The notes beneath the pieces were generated by a model that made no database searches, was not told where the DNA came from, and saw only the letters and a program-made list of their open reading frames with translations. Below are positions 49,205-61,871 of a stretch of 64,000 nucleotides of DNA, one piece after another. Position numbers and translations under genes: made by a program. Source of the stretch: Peribolospora baueri. Taxonomy: Eukaryota. Position 1 is the stretch's first letter. Each line of letters opens with the position of its first letter. The DNA lies in the NCBI GenBank assembly GCA_029717555.1, contig JAMDHS010000012.1:248001-312000 (forward strand), written 5' to 3'.

Positions 49205-51520
49205 TCAGTCGAACACAATTTTTTTGCCTTGTGGCTTCGCCGCCATTTGCGCTTCCTCCCGCTTCCTCTGCTCCATCTTGGCCTTCCAGGAAGCGTGCAC
49301 CGGCTTGTCAGGGGCAGCCACACCGCGTCTATCGTGGGTACCACGTCCGCCGTCATCGCCGCCTGCTTGTGGAACGGCGCCTCCTTGAGGTGCTCGCTGA
49401 CCTGTTCGGTCCCCGTGACCGTCGTCGCCCTTTCTCCATCCAGGACCGTCAAAGCGTCTGTTCGCAGGGCCCGAAGCTCGGGCGTCTCCTCTTCGATCTG
49501 CAGTTTGCCCCTTCGCCCCACGTCGATCCTTCTCTCGCAATTTGAGGTGATTGGCGTTGCGACCGTACTTCTTCTCCCACAGCCTGCCAACGTGGTGACA
49601 AAGAAAGAAGGTCAGCATGGACAGCCTCAAGAGACGACAGGGCGCGAGAACGTTTCCATAATGAATGGCGACACTCACGCTTTTCTCGCCCTCTGCCCCA
49701 TCCTGTTCTTCCTTTGCGGCGGTCCTCCATCCAAGGCCTTCTCATCTCCCTCGCTCCAGTCGCCCGGATCGCCAGGAACAAACCCGGCGGAGAGAGAAGG
49801 CAGGAACATTGAAGATCCGGACGAGGCACTGGTGGCCTTTGGCGCTTTCTTCTGCTTGGACGAAGTTGGTTCCGATTTTGCGACCGCTTTCGTTTTGCCC
49901 TTACTTTTGGCGGCCTTCTGGCCGTCTTCAGCCGACGCATTGACCTTCTCCTTTAAAGTCGATGACGGCGTTTTGGTTTCCTTCCCTGAAGACCGAATCT
50001 TGGTCACCGGGGCTTCGTTGTCCGCTGATTTGATTCGTTTGACGGATCGATCTCCCTCCCCGTCTGACTCTGACGTAGACGGCCCTGGTTCGGGCCAATC
50101 AAAGTCACCATCATCATCGTCTCCGGACAAGTCATCGACCGGAGGAGTAGCCCGGGAACCGTACGGAAGTGACGGTCCAGACTCGTTGTCGCTCTGTTCC
50201 GAGGACGAGTCGCTGTCTGATGGGGGCGCGAGGCGAGCTTCTTGGGCTGCGAGAAGAGCCGCCGCAGAACCGTCGGCCGAAGAGTTGCCGCCGTCATCCT
50301 CTTCGTCATCGACCTGCCCTTCCGAACCGTCCTCCAGAGATTGAAAGTCTCCCGGCACAGAGCTCTCCTCCTCCGACTCGTCGCTAGAGCCGACAACCAT
50401 GGCATCCATGTTCTCGTCTTCGTCCAAGCCAGCGTCTTCTCCACTTCCACCGTCCGAGGACCAATCGGCAACACCAGGTTCAGTTCCTTCGTCCCCATCT
50501 TTTGCCGAACTCTCCTCCTCACTTTCCTCACTGGAGCTTCTTCGACCGTTCGCGTCCTCATCGTCCTCCACATCAGCACCCATGCCATCGCCTCCGTCCT
50601 CTGAATGTTCCTCCTCGCGTGGCTCCAAAATGCCACGTAGCGAATCGACCACTCTTCCTACCTCATCTGCCAACACTTTCGAACTCAAAAGCCGATTCAC
50701 GGCTTTCGTTTCCGGACTCGAGGACGACTCGTTTGGAAGAGAAGGAGTCTGAGCAGAGGACAGCAGCGGGTCGGCAGCGACGGCAGATTGAAGCACGGCG
50801 TGGTTGACGAGAAGACGAGATTTCTTGAGCTTTGAAAGGAGGGCCCGCGCGGCCACCGAGTCGAGCTTGATGGTCTAAAGCCATTGACAACGTTTATAAG
50901 CATACGGCGTGATCATGATCCGATCACGATTGGAAATTGTTCCCTGTGCTCGTACCTTCAGCGCATGGAGCTGACCATCGAAATCGTTGGCCTGCATCGA
51001 TGCCTCTTGCTTGTCCTTCTGATTCCTGAAGGTGCATGGTCTCACGGATAAGGACTCCTCCGCCTGCTAGGGGATTTAATACACTTCATTTCTCACCTCA
51101 GTTGCTTCAGGCGTTTGACCACCTTCTGCACTTCGTAAGTTTTGGCAGTCTTCGCCGCTCGATGAGCTTCTTTCACACCATGGTGCTTAGAACATGCAAG
51201 ATCGAGAGAAAAAACGAGTACGAGTTTGGTCAGCTAGTTCGCCTACACAGCTCTCTCCAACACCCACTAAACCGTCCTAAACACATATCCGTAAACATGT
51301 CACGCTCTCCAGCCACCCGTCCGAAAGAACGTACATCCAACCCTCCATCACAACTCACCAATTTGCCCCGCAACCTGGTCTCGTCCACATCGACCTGGTG
51401 GGCGCCGCCGCCGGCAACCTCCCCGCCGGATCGTAGGTCGTCTTCATGAGCGGCTTTCCTGCCGCCTCCCTTGTCCCGCAGCTCCTCGTCTTCGATCTCG
51501 TCTGCTTTGCGTTTCGGCAT
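49205..51520 (-). CDS. BUD22: Bud22-family ribosome biogenesis protein
   Basis: Five exons. HHGVKEAHRAAKTAKTYEVQKVVKRLK, acidic central region, FLPSL..GFV, RKNRMGQRARKALWEKKYGRNANHL and HASWKAK...PQGKKIVFD. Confidence 0.88.
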
Positions 51521-51820
51521 ACCGTTGTGTAATGTTCAAGGATGTTGTGCTGTTCTTTACCAACCGATTTCACTCCCTTGGAGTTGACCTCGATCAGCCG
51601 GAAAAGCTGCGGCCGACGTCTATGCACACGTGACGTACTGTGTCCGCACTCAAAGTGCGACGCAGCCTTGGGCTTAGATCTCTCAAGAACGAGCAAGGGC
51701 GAAAGAGATATATATGTAGTACCATCCTAAATAGCCATACAAACTTTTCTCGTTGAGCGACGATATGGTGCTGGCGCGGACAATCCGTCCTCCTCTACCA
51801 TCCTTCTCGGAGAACCCAAA

Positions 51821-54800
51821 TCACGCAATCGCGCTGAGCACGAGCTGGATAGCCTCCTCCATCTCGGCCCTCACGGCAAGCTCCATGGTTACGCCATCTC
51901 CGGTTTGGAAGGTCATCCTGGCCCGGACGAGAACTTTTCCTCCTCCGCCCGCGACGAGGCCAGACAGGTTCAGCGTGTGCACGGAGGATGACGTCGGCGT
52001 CCCCGTGCCGCCAAGGGCCTCCATATTTAGGAGCTCGATAATCGTGTCGCAAGCGGCTGCCAAAAATAAGGCAAGGTTTTGATATAGTTAACACTGAGGC
52101 GTTATTCAGCGCTGCTGTTGATCGAGAGACACCCCACTCACCCTGCAAACTCTCCAGAGCGGTGAGCGCAAACGTTTCCGTTGCACTTGCGCTCGCCTCA
52201 AGCTTCTCCCACTCGGTAGCGAACGTGGCATAGGTGGGCAAGATGTAATCTCCCACGCCGAGCTCGATATCCTCCACCTGGTACTCGTCCTCGTACCCTT
52301 CCTCTTCCGGCTCTCCACTCGACGGGTCCACCTCCTTGCTGACGAACCGCAGCGTGTTCTGCATTGCGCCTATTGGGAACACGCTACCTTCGCCCTCCTC
52401 CTCTGCGCCCAAGCGGGTGAAGGACACGTAGACCGGGGCGGGAGAATTCTCCTGCATCAGCTGGGGAACGGGGATGATGAAACCTTCCTTCAAGCCGGCA
52501 TCCTCCGCGCCCTGCATGAGCACCATCACTTGCTCCAGCACCGTATCGGGAAGCGTGTTGGAGACGTTGAACTGAGTTACGGAGACGCAGGAAAACCAAA
52601 CGCCAGTCAACACACGGCCCATTCGATCTCCCACCGGGCACCGATCGTGATACAACTACTGACCTGGAAAACGATATGTTTGGCGAAGATGTGTTTGACG
52701 GCGGTGACAACGTACTCCGTCTCCTTCTCCGTGAGATCGACAGGTTTGGCGCTGCTCTTGATAACCGGTCCGTAGCCTTCCAACTCCGGAACTTCGGCCA
52801 GCTGCTTGGCGTACAGGCTCTGGGCCTCGGCCGCGTTGGCCGGAGCAGCAGGGGCAGCGCCTGCCGCGAGGACCGGCTTGGAGTCGTCGGCCGCCATGGC
52901 GACGTTGGCGGTCGCCTCGCTCTTGGCTCGCAAAGCCTCTTGACGGGCTTGCTCACGGCTGATCTTCGGTACGGCCGAGATGTCAAAGCCTTTATCTTGA
53001 GCTGAAGTATCACTGATGTACGCCTGAAGCTGGGCCTCGAGTCCGGACAGAGAGAAGGTTGCTTCTGCAACGCACGGAAAAAAGTATTCATGTGAGACAC
53101 TGATGGCGCGCTGCCGTAATGCTGTCGGGAAAAATGCGACTCACCATCGCGCACGAAAGTTTCGGCTAGTTGTTCCTCCTTCAACACCCTCAGGTACATC
53201 GCAGCCCTGTCGCGGACCTCGTCATCGACGTCATCAAGACACCTAACCGAATTACGAACGAGGGTTCAGCCACCGCACCAATCCCTTCGATATACACACA
53301 AGGACACACTTCCAATGCCTCACCTGGTCAACAGCACCCCGATGCTCGTCCTCAATCCCGAATCCGGCGTCCGCCCGCCCTCCTCGTTGTTGCCGATCCC
53401 GAACTTGGCCAGACTGGTCACGGCCGCCGCGCGAACAATGGCGTTCTCGAGAATGACGCGGTTGTAAATGTAGCGAATGTACTTGTGCGGCTGAGGTGAC
53501 TTGGGACCCTCCATGCCGAGGAGGTGGAGGATGCGGACCGAAAGCTTGGTGAACTCGCAGTCCTCGATGAATTCGCACAGGTGTGCGAGAGCTGAGGGGC
53601 CGAAAGACGTAAAAAGACGTTTGCTTAGTTGACATCGAGACGGTCGAGGCGAGCCCAGAATGGCAGTGACTCACCTGCCTCCTTGCAATCGCTGATAAAC
53701 CTGACCATATCAAAGATGGCCTCCACGACTGCTCGCTTGAAGTCGTATCCACCCTCGTCGCGGAGGACGCCGGATAGGAAGTTGAGCATGACGGCTTGCT
53801 TGGAAGGGAATTTGAGGCAGAGCGAGCGGATGGCGTCGACGACGATGATCTTGAACTCATCTGAGATCTCGTTCATGAAGCCTGAGATCTGCTTCATCAG
53901 GCGGTCGACGGAAGTTTCGTTTCCGGTCTAGAGAGCGCAATGACCACGGTCCCGGCGACGGGCGTCAGCGTCAGCGTTTCACACGGCGATCAGACCGACT
54001 GAGATCACGTACCTTGAGCAGAGTTGTGATGGCGTACGTCGCTACGCTGCGATTCGGGTCAGTAATGAGGTTTTCCATATCGAGGTTGCAAGCCTGGACA
54101 ACTTGAGGATGCGTCTGGGCGAGCTTGGCGAGTGTTCGGATGGCGGCAAACTTGAGGGTTGACTTGGGTGAGGAGAGGAAGAGTTGCAAAACTGGATGAA
54201 GATGGGATGAGGCGTTTGGTTAAGATGAGGGTGAAGGAACCAGCGAGGCTAGAGGCGACGATAACTAACCCGCAATGGGCCTCATGAGGTCTTGGGCCGT
54301 CACGCCACGCATCTCGCAGATAGCCCGTGCTGCCTCGTAGTTGACCATATCGCTCTTGTGTCTGAGCCAGCCATCTAGCAAGTCGCGCATCTGGTGTTGC
54401 ATACTGGAGACGGAAGACGTTGGGTCCAGGTTAGTCATGATTGTGATTGCGATGGAAAATCAGTGGAAGACGACCCAATCTCTCACTTGAGATCCTCTTC
54501 TCCGACCTTGACAGCGTACCGAATGAGCATGCAAAGGGCATATGGGCTCCTCAACACGCTCGAAGCACCGCTTGCCGCATTGCCCGCCTTGCCGCCGCTC
54601 AGCTGCTGGATGAGCTTGGTAACAGCCATGCGGTCACCTTGGCGGATAAGATAAAGCAATCCCAGGGCGTGGTATTGAGTGATATAGGTGCTGCTAGGCA
54701 CTGCTTGGTACGCCTGGGAGCCACCACCGCTGCTACCGCTGCTTCCGCCGCTGCCACCAAAGCCGAGATAGCTGCTCGCGCCGCCAAGGCCGAAGCTTGC

Positions 54801-55833
54801 GGGAGAGGTGGAAGTTTTGGAGTTGATGGCCTCCTGCGCTTCGTTGCCCCATCGCTTAATCACCTCTCGGGCGACAACGTGCATGTGGTAAGAAGATACA
54901 AGGGCAGCGGAGGAGATGGAGGTGTTGCGGTCCACGATGGCCGCTTTGAAGAAGCGTTCGAGGCCTTGCATCATGGATGGCTGAGCCGAGAAAATACGGT
55001 GGATATCGAAAAGAAATGAGCTTCACGTTCGAAAAGCTGGAAGAGCGGAACAGCGTCGGCGTGGTCACTCACGTCGACGATTCGACTAAGTGCTCTTATG
55101 GCGTTCGGTCGGTAGATGACTTCGAGGTTCGGCTGCATGTCCTTCATGATGCTGCTCGTCACCATGATCACATCGTCGGCGGACGAAGACAGCTCCTTGA
55201 TCACGAGGTACACCATTTGCCTCAGTGCGCTCTGTCGATGAGGACGGAAGGAAGGAGCAAAAGGTGTCAGCGATTAGAATCGACTCATTGGGGACCACCG
55301 CCATAGGGATAATGACGCCAAGCGGTTGAGGAGATAAAAACAAAGCGTTTCGTAGCCCCATTCCACAACGTCCATTCCGTCCACGCCGGATTCCAACTCA
55401 CATCCTTATGCTGGAACAGCTTGGTCACGCTGAAGAACAGCTGTGTCGCTTCCTGACGGCTGAACGTCTCGCCAGTGTAAAGCAGGTAAACAATCTTGGT
55501 CAACAGGATCCTGCATTTTCGCGGGGAGATGGGCGACTCATTCTGCGCGTAGGTGCGGGGTGATGGTCGTGATAGTGATAGTGATAGTGATAGTAGGTGG
55601 TCAAAGTCGATGAGGGCGAGACGTATGAGGGGTATAGTAGTGGTTAGAGGGAGTCAATAGTAGCAAACTCCAATAATATCAGCATACTGCTGCCATCTCC
55701 ACCTCCGTAGGCGAGGGGGAGCCAAAAGAGAGTGACAGAGATGACTCACGAAGACTCTAGCCTCCTGCAAGACCGAGCTCTTGTCCTGGAAGTAACTAAA
55801 GCCCCCGCCCTCCTCGTCCTTCTTGAAGCTCAT
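51821..55833 (-). CDS. SEC21: Coatomer subunit gamma
   Basis: Multi-exon gene. MSFKKDEE...[50 protein letters not shown] block ([12 protein letters not shown]), [39 protein letters not shown] and [12 protein letters not shown]. Confidence 0.96.
55569..55592. repeat. (GTGATA)4 hexanucleotide repeat in SEC21 intron 1
   Basis: Seen directly. Confidence 0.85.
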
Positions 55834-57127
55834 CTTGCCTTCTCGGCCTCCAGCGAAGCAAATACCGACGTCGTGTGGCCGAGCTTTGTAGAAAAGGAGA
55901 GAGAGAAGGAAGAGAGCGTGTAGGATCGATGAAGACGTGAGGGTGACACCGACGACGATGAACAGCCAGCGACCCACGATGTCCAGCACACGGAGGCGCG
56001 ACGGAGCCGCCTAACGCCGAGGCGTGAGCGCGACGCACTTAAACGCCGCAGTGCGACCCGCCAGAAGACGACCGGCGGGACGACGACGAACGAGGTTGTG
56101 TTGGCGTCGTTGTACAAGGCCGTCTCGACGGTTCAGGTGGCCGGTGACCAGGTCGGCAGAGCCGGCTCCTGCTCTCTGCTGTCCCACAGATGCACTGGTC
56201 AGTCTCCTTCCGGCACGAGGCGCTTTCGTCCGCTTGCGGCCTCAGGTCTCGAGTTTCATGCCCCACTGACGAGCGTTGGGAACTGGCGCACGATTTGTTC
56301 TGCGTTCCGCATTGCACCCTGTCTCGCTGCCTGTAGTCTTTGGGCTCACTGACTGGTACCACTAATTATCGATTTCCTTCTTTCCGTCTTGCTGTCGGTG
56401 GAAACGTCAGGCTGACTGACGCGCGATGGGCACTGAGAATGGGCTCCTCCGGGTTTCATCTTCAGTCCCATGACATTCCTCATCTCCCATTCAATAATAG
56501 TCTTCATGTCTTGTAAAGCAGTCTGGCACAGTGCCACAATCCTGGCCTCATCCTTCATTATTATTGGTCTGCATTGCCGCACCTCTCGAAGCTGTTGCAT
56601 TTTCGCGCGAATGGACGTCTCGCAAGTTCACTCTCCCATGTAGAATACTAGCAATCGTCGCAGCGCCCAGAAAACTCGCGCGTAGCCGTTCCTCCGGAAG
56701 GCCCCTGTCGCGCCTCCTAATCCATTGCCCGATGCGCTCGCCGTAGGCCTCCATGTCGTCCGTACGCTCGCCCTGCAGCAAGCTCCGCCGTCGCCGTCGG
56801 CCGACCTCCGTACGTCGGGGCCACTGGTCGCGTCACCCACCCCTCTATGGTGGCGCCGGCAGCCGCCTATTGGTGTAATGTTTGCCAGAGACAACGGCGC
56901 CTATTGAACATGCGCACAGTCAGTCTCCTCGACATCAAGAGTCGAAAAAGAAGGCTGTGGCGTGAGCGACTGCAGCTTCCATATCATGACATCGAAAGCG
57001 AGCGTCCGGTGAATAGTGTACACGTTCTTCAAGCTGAATTGAACTTCGGAAGGCCTTGGCGGAGGTGAGCCGACTGAAAGAAATCAGCAAGAGGTAATTC
57101 TAGCAAACAGTTAACCAGCCACTCCCT

Positions 57128-60100
57128 TCAGCCGGCTTTTCTCTTTCCCAAGTTCAGCTTGAGCTTCGGCATCGACGTCGGAGGTGGGGCCGGTTGCGCA
57201 GCATTGAATACGGGACTACCAGCCTGAGAAGATGGGTTGGGAGGCAGGGGGAAAGGCTGTCCACCGTTATCGAGCCCAGCACTGAGACCCGAGCCCATGT
57301 TCCACGTCCCGCCAGGCGAGGCGGCTGAAAGGGGGCCGGGCGAGGGGGCTGAGCTGGAGAAACCGCTAGGCGTGCCGAACGTGCCCGCTGCGAGCGGGTT
57401 GATGCCGAAGGATGAGTTGACGAACGATGGCTTTCCGGCTTTCTTGCCGTGAACAGAGCCCTCCTTCTTCGAGCCAGGGTGCATTGGACAGGCTGTGTTG
57501 GTCGCCATATGTCCCACTTGGCCACAACGTCCACATCGCCGCTGAACAGACGCAAATACACGTACAGGCAAGTTTACGAGTCAGTCCAGCGTCAGTAGAG
57601 GAAAAAGTTGACTTTTGCACTCGACTCACCGTCGTGTCGGTCTTGTTGGGACCTCGCGCGGCGCCGTCTTCGCCCGCAGCCGCCAGCTTCGCGTTCTTCC
57701 TCTGCATGCGTCGCTCTTTGTTCTTCTTCATCTTGGCAATCGTTCCCTCGAGCCTGAAAAACGAAAGGGCCGTCAGACATTAATTAGAGGGAAGCGCGAA
57801 GAGCGAAGAATATGCATGAACGATCAACTTACAACTTCTTTCGCTGCCTGTTCAACTCCTCGTCGTTCGTCGGCACGAGTGCGTCGATGGTGGTATTCGC
57901 GTCTTCAATGAGCTGACGTTGCCGAGTGTATGCACTGATGACCGCAGGGTCGCGAACGATCTCATTCTCCCACCGCCCCTTCACCTGCAGCAAAAGCGGC
58001 AACATACGTGTTCGCACTCGCTCAGCAAGCGCCGATGACAATTTCGATATGAAACCACTTACCAATCTACGAATCTTTAGGACTCGATTGCTCGGTCCTC
58101 CCATCACACTGCCCATCCGGCTTCGACTTGGACTCGCGTCCCTGTCGAAGTGACCAGGGCTGGACGGACCGCTCATGACGCTGGGACTCCGGAATGCGCT
58201 TGCCCTGAACGAGCTGGGGCCCCTACTACTCGTGGCGTTCAAGTTTTTTAATTGAAGCGCCCTTCGCTCGTCTTCCTCGGTCAGTTCGGGTGGGACAGGA
58301 TCGGACAAAGCCTTGTACTGAGCGTTCCAGATGCGGTCAATCTCCGAACGGTAGACAGCCTGCTGCTGAGCGACGTTATAGCGATGGCCGGACTTTTGCC
58401 GAGCGTCCGCTTCGGCTGAAGCGAAGCGAGAACACAATTCAGTATTATTCGGAGAGGCATACTGGAAGTCCACGACTTGCACTCACCATTTGCTGCTTCG
58501 GGGTCCTCCCCGGCCCGAACGAAAATCTCTTTCATGGACACTCGAATGAACGAAAACGCCTCGCCCCGTCCACTGGGATCGCCCTCGCCATGAAGCTTTA
58601 GCATAGCCTTGCTCTGAGTCGCATTGAGAAAGTTCTTTGTCGTGATCCAGGGTGCCAAAAGCTGCTCGAGGTCATTCTTGCCTTCCTCGTCCCCTTCCGC
58701 TTCGGCACCGGCCCCGTGAGCGGTCTTGGCAAAACCTGCGTCAAGGAGGTGGCGTTGTCCCACTTGCATAGATTCGCAGAGGCAGATGTGCTCCGGTGTG
58801 ACCAACTTGAGCATCTCAGAATCTTCTGGCACCACAATGTGAGGCCTAAGGCGCCAGCGATCTTCGTTTCGGCTGTACTCCATAAATTCCTTTAAAAGAA
58901 CGAGCGCGGCGAATCATCACATATCTTTGAGCGACTGAGACTTTACTCCCGCTGTTTGCTCTGGCATAAGCCACCCACCTTCAATCGCTGCCTCATCTGA
59001 AGATCATTCTGATCTGGGAAATAGTTGAAAAGGCGGCGGATCTGGATCTTGCCACCCTTGGTCTTCTTGACCAGACGGTACGCAATAGTCTGAAGCCGAT
59101 GCTTGAGCGTATTGGTGACAAGCCTGGAGTGCGGACCAGGCACCTGCGCGACCGGGTACGTTTGGCCAACGGCGAAAAGGTTTCTGATCTCGCGAATGTA
59201 GTACGTTTGTTGGCCCTTGACGGTTGATCGGACCACGAGGAAGTCCGTACTAGCCGGTTGGTGCCGAAAGAGCGGAGCACGAACGAGATTGTTATACAAG
59301 GTCGGTACCGTCTGCCCAGCCTCGACGCTGCCGAACCGCATGAAAGGAGACTCGTCTGCCACATCCAGCACAAACGGTTCGCCGAGATCAAGCTGTCAAA
59401 CCGCGCGATGTCGCTCATGTCGTCAATTCGCAGAACTCCACGCTCGAACGACATACCAGGCTCACCTTCGGGATGTGCTCGTCTTTAACATCCTTTTTCC
59501 GATAATAATTGACGAGCAGACTCCCCATGCCGAGATTAGAGATAATTGTAGGGTATTCCTCCTGCATTGATCGACATTGTGACGGTATTCAGTGGCCGCC
59601 ACGTCACAGACCAAGGGTCGATGAAAGTAGACAAGTGCTCACCGAATACTCCCAGAGAACAAAGTTGCCGGTTTCCTTAAGCGTCAGGTCTCTCGTGCTC
59701 TTTAACACTTCTCCCGCATCACGAGCAATTTTCCGCTTCTCGCCCTTCCGCTTCTTATTCGAGACGACCTTGTCGAAGTGAATCTCCTTGTCCGTAGGGA
59801 ATTGTAAGCCTGGTCGGTGAAAGGCGCGGCATTCAGACTTGGTCAAGCGCGTTTTGTACTGTTCAAAAGCAGGGTGAAGTCGTTGCAAGCAAAATTATCA
59901 GTCCACGGGTCCGCGACGCTGAGCTCTCGTAAGAACAGGGTAGACTCACAAACGGCATCTGCAACTTCTGAGCAGGATAAGCGTGTTGAACCACCAGCTG
60001 ACCGAGCGTCTGACGGACACGGTGACGGTGCTCCTTCGACACCTCATAGTACCGATCGTTACTGAGATTGAACGGGTCGATGCCCTTCGCCGTCGATGCC

Positions 60101-61520
60101 GCACCTTTACCCAGTTGAGCTGGACCCTCGGCATCCATTAGTGACCCACCGCCTTCTGCAACGGGTTCGAGCATCATGTCGGGATCGTTCATGTCAAGAC
60201 ACAATTCCGTGAACGTGCGCGAAGGCGGGTTCCGCGAGTCCCATATGATCGACTTGAGCCAGCCCGAAGACAGTAAGTCGGCGTTTGGCGGTCTTGATAT
60301 GGAAATTGGGTATGGCACTAGGTGGGGTGCCGATTGGCTTTTGCACCATAGATTGGCAATTGGCAATATAAGAAAACCCGTTCCTGACGTTCGAGACACC
60401 GTGGAGAAGAACTCACGATGGCGCTTTCGAGTCCCATAATATTCGATCCTCCCAGTCGTCTAGTTCCATCATATCAAGACTTTTACGAGGCGCGACGCTG
60501 AGGTCTTCTTCGCGTCCCAACGAGGATATGAAATCCATCTACGTGTGTAGTATACGGAGGGGAGTTAGAACCTTGAAACAGATTATGTTATGCAAACTTG
60601 CGCGGGACTCGAGAAATTGAGATACATACCTCCTCGGTGTCGCTATCAGTATCGCTCCCATACACCTTTCGCCTCTCATCCTTTGTCAAATCCCCAGCGA
60701 GGCCTTCCAGAATCGACTTCCGTGCAGGAACAAGCTGGGAGTCAGGTCGGCGAAGCATCTCTTTTGTGGATGGCGCTGGATGGTCGTCTGGCATAATTCT
60801 TGCCCGGACTAAACAAAAAAATTCGCGCTTCAACTACCGTGGCGCGCAATCCCGCCCGGACAAGCGGAACTTACTGTGATGTTCCCTATGTTGCAGCTTT
60901 CGTCGTTTCGGTGGCCTGGTCGCGAACAGATCCGTGAAGTCCAGCACTTTGCTCTTGTCAAAGCCAGGGTACAGCGTCTTGATGTCGCGCTGCTGGGGCG
61001 GCGGGAAGGAGGCAACTGGACTAGGCGGCTTTTGAGGCGAACGTGGGGCTTGAAAATCATCTAGACTAGCGCGAGCGGAGAGCGCAGAGCGCAGGAGAGT
61101 AGTGGCGGCGTCTGAGGGCTCTTGCTTCACACGACTCTCATCATGGTCCCCCTCAGCGCTCTCCTCGTCGTAGTCGTCATCCTCTCGGGTCGTTCTCGGC
61201 AGGGAAAGAGCCGCCATGCCTTGTCTGTAATATCGCTCCGAGTGGATGTCGTCTTTTGCGCTCCGCTCCGCCCTCATCTCCGCATCAATCTCATCCTCCA
61301 AATCCTCACCCTGCTCTCGTCCGATAGAACCCACGTCCTCGTCATCCTCGAAGCGGTCCTTATAAATCTGGTCCGCGCCGAACGTACTTGTGCCGCCACC
61401 TAGCCCGAGACGTCGCTGCACGCCAGTATCGAACTCTGCGTCCACGCCAAGGTCATCCAGCAGGTGTCCAACTGCAAAGCCGCCGAGCTGAGAGATGGCG
61501 GCCGCGTGCTCGTCGTCCAT
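57128..61520 (-). CDS. TAF1: TFIID subunit 1 (fungal type, no bromodomains)
   Basis: Multi-exon gene. YPGFDKSKVLDFTDLF, DPFNLSNDRYYE, QHAYPAQKLQMPFYKTRL, RAFHRP, EYSEEYP, LYNNLVRAPLFRH, APWITTKNF, LHGEGDPSGRGEAFSF and zinc knuckle RRCGRCGQVGHMATNTACP. Confidence 0.95.
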
Positions 61521-61871
61521 GGTCGTGGCAGGTGATGTTTACGGCGACAAACATGGTCCCTTCGTCGAGGTGGATGGAGACTGGGGAGAGTAATCGGACC
61601 GCCCCTCAATATGTCCGCGTAACCCAGCCTACGTCCGACAGCAGGGAGCGTCGCGCCGCGCTTCAAGATTTGACCGGCGGCCTGCTGCCGCAGCAAGTCG
61701 ACAACTTTTCTTCGTGACATGCGAATTGTCGTTCCACTACCCAACCAGTCTTTTGCCCGCCGGACGCCGCGGGTTTTTCGTCCTTCCCTCTTTTCTCTGT
61801 TGTCCTCTTTCCTCTCCCTTGGTGCTGGGATTGGTTCAGCTTTGGAACCGTTCACGTTTTGTCTCTTTCTG
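61521..61871. promoter_or_regulatory. Compact divergent promoter between TAF1 and UTP17
   Basis: Head-to-head start codons about 350 bp apart, with a pyrimidine-rich tract before the UTP17 ATG. Function is inferred from layout only. Confidence 0.55.

Noticed and set aside
49229..50344. 371-aa plus-strand ORF
   Set aside because: Antisense shadow of BUD22.
56407..56550. In-frame TGA codons as selenocysteine recoding
   Set aside because: Dikarya are not known to use Sec, there is no redox-motif context, and CGA-to-TGA decay or chance is more parsimonious.
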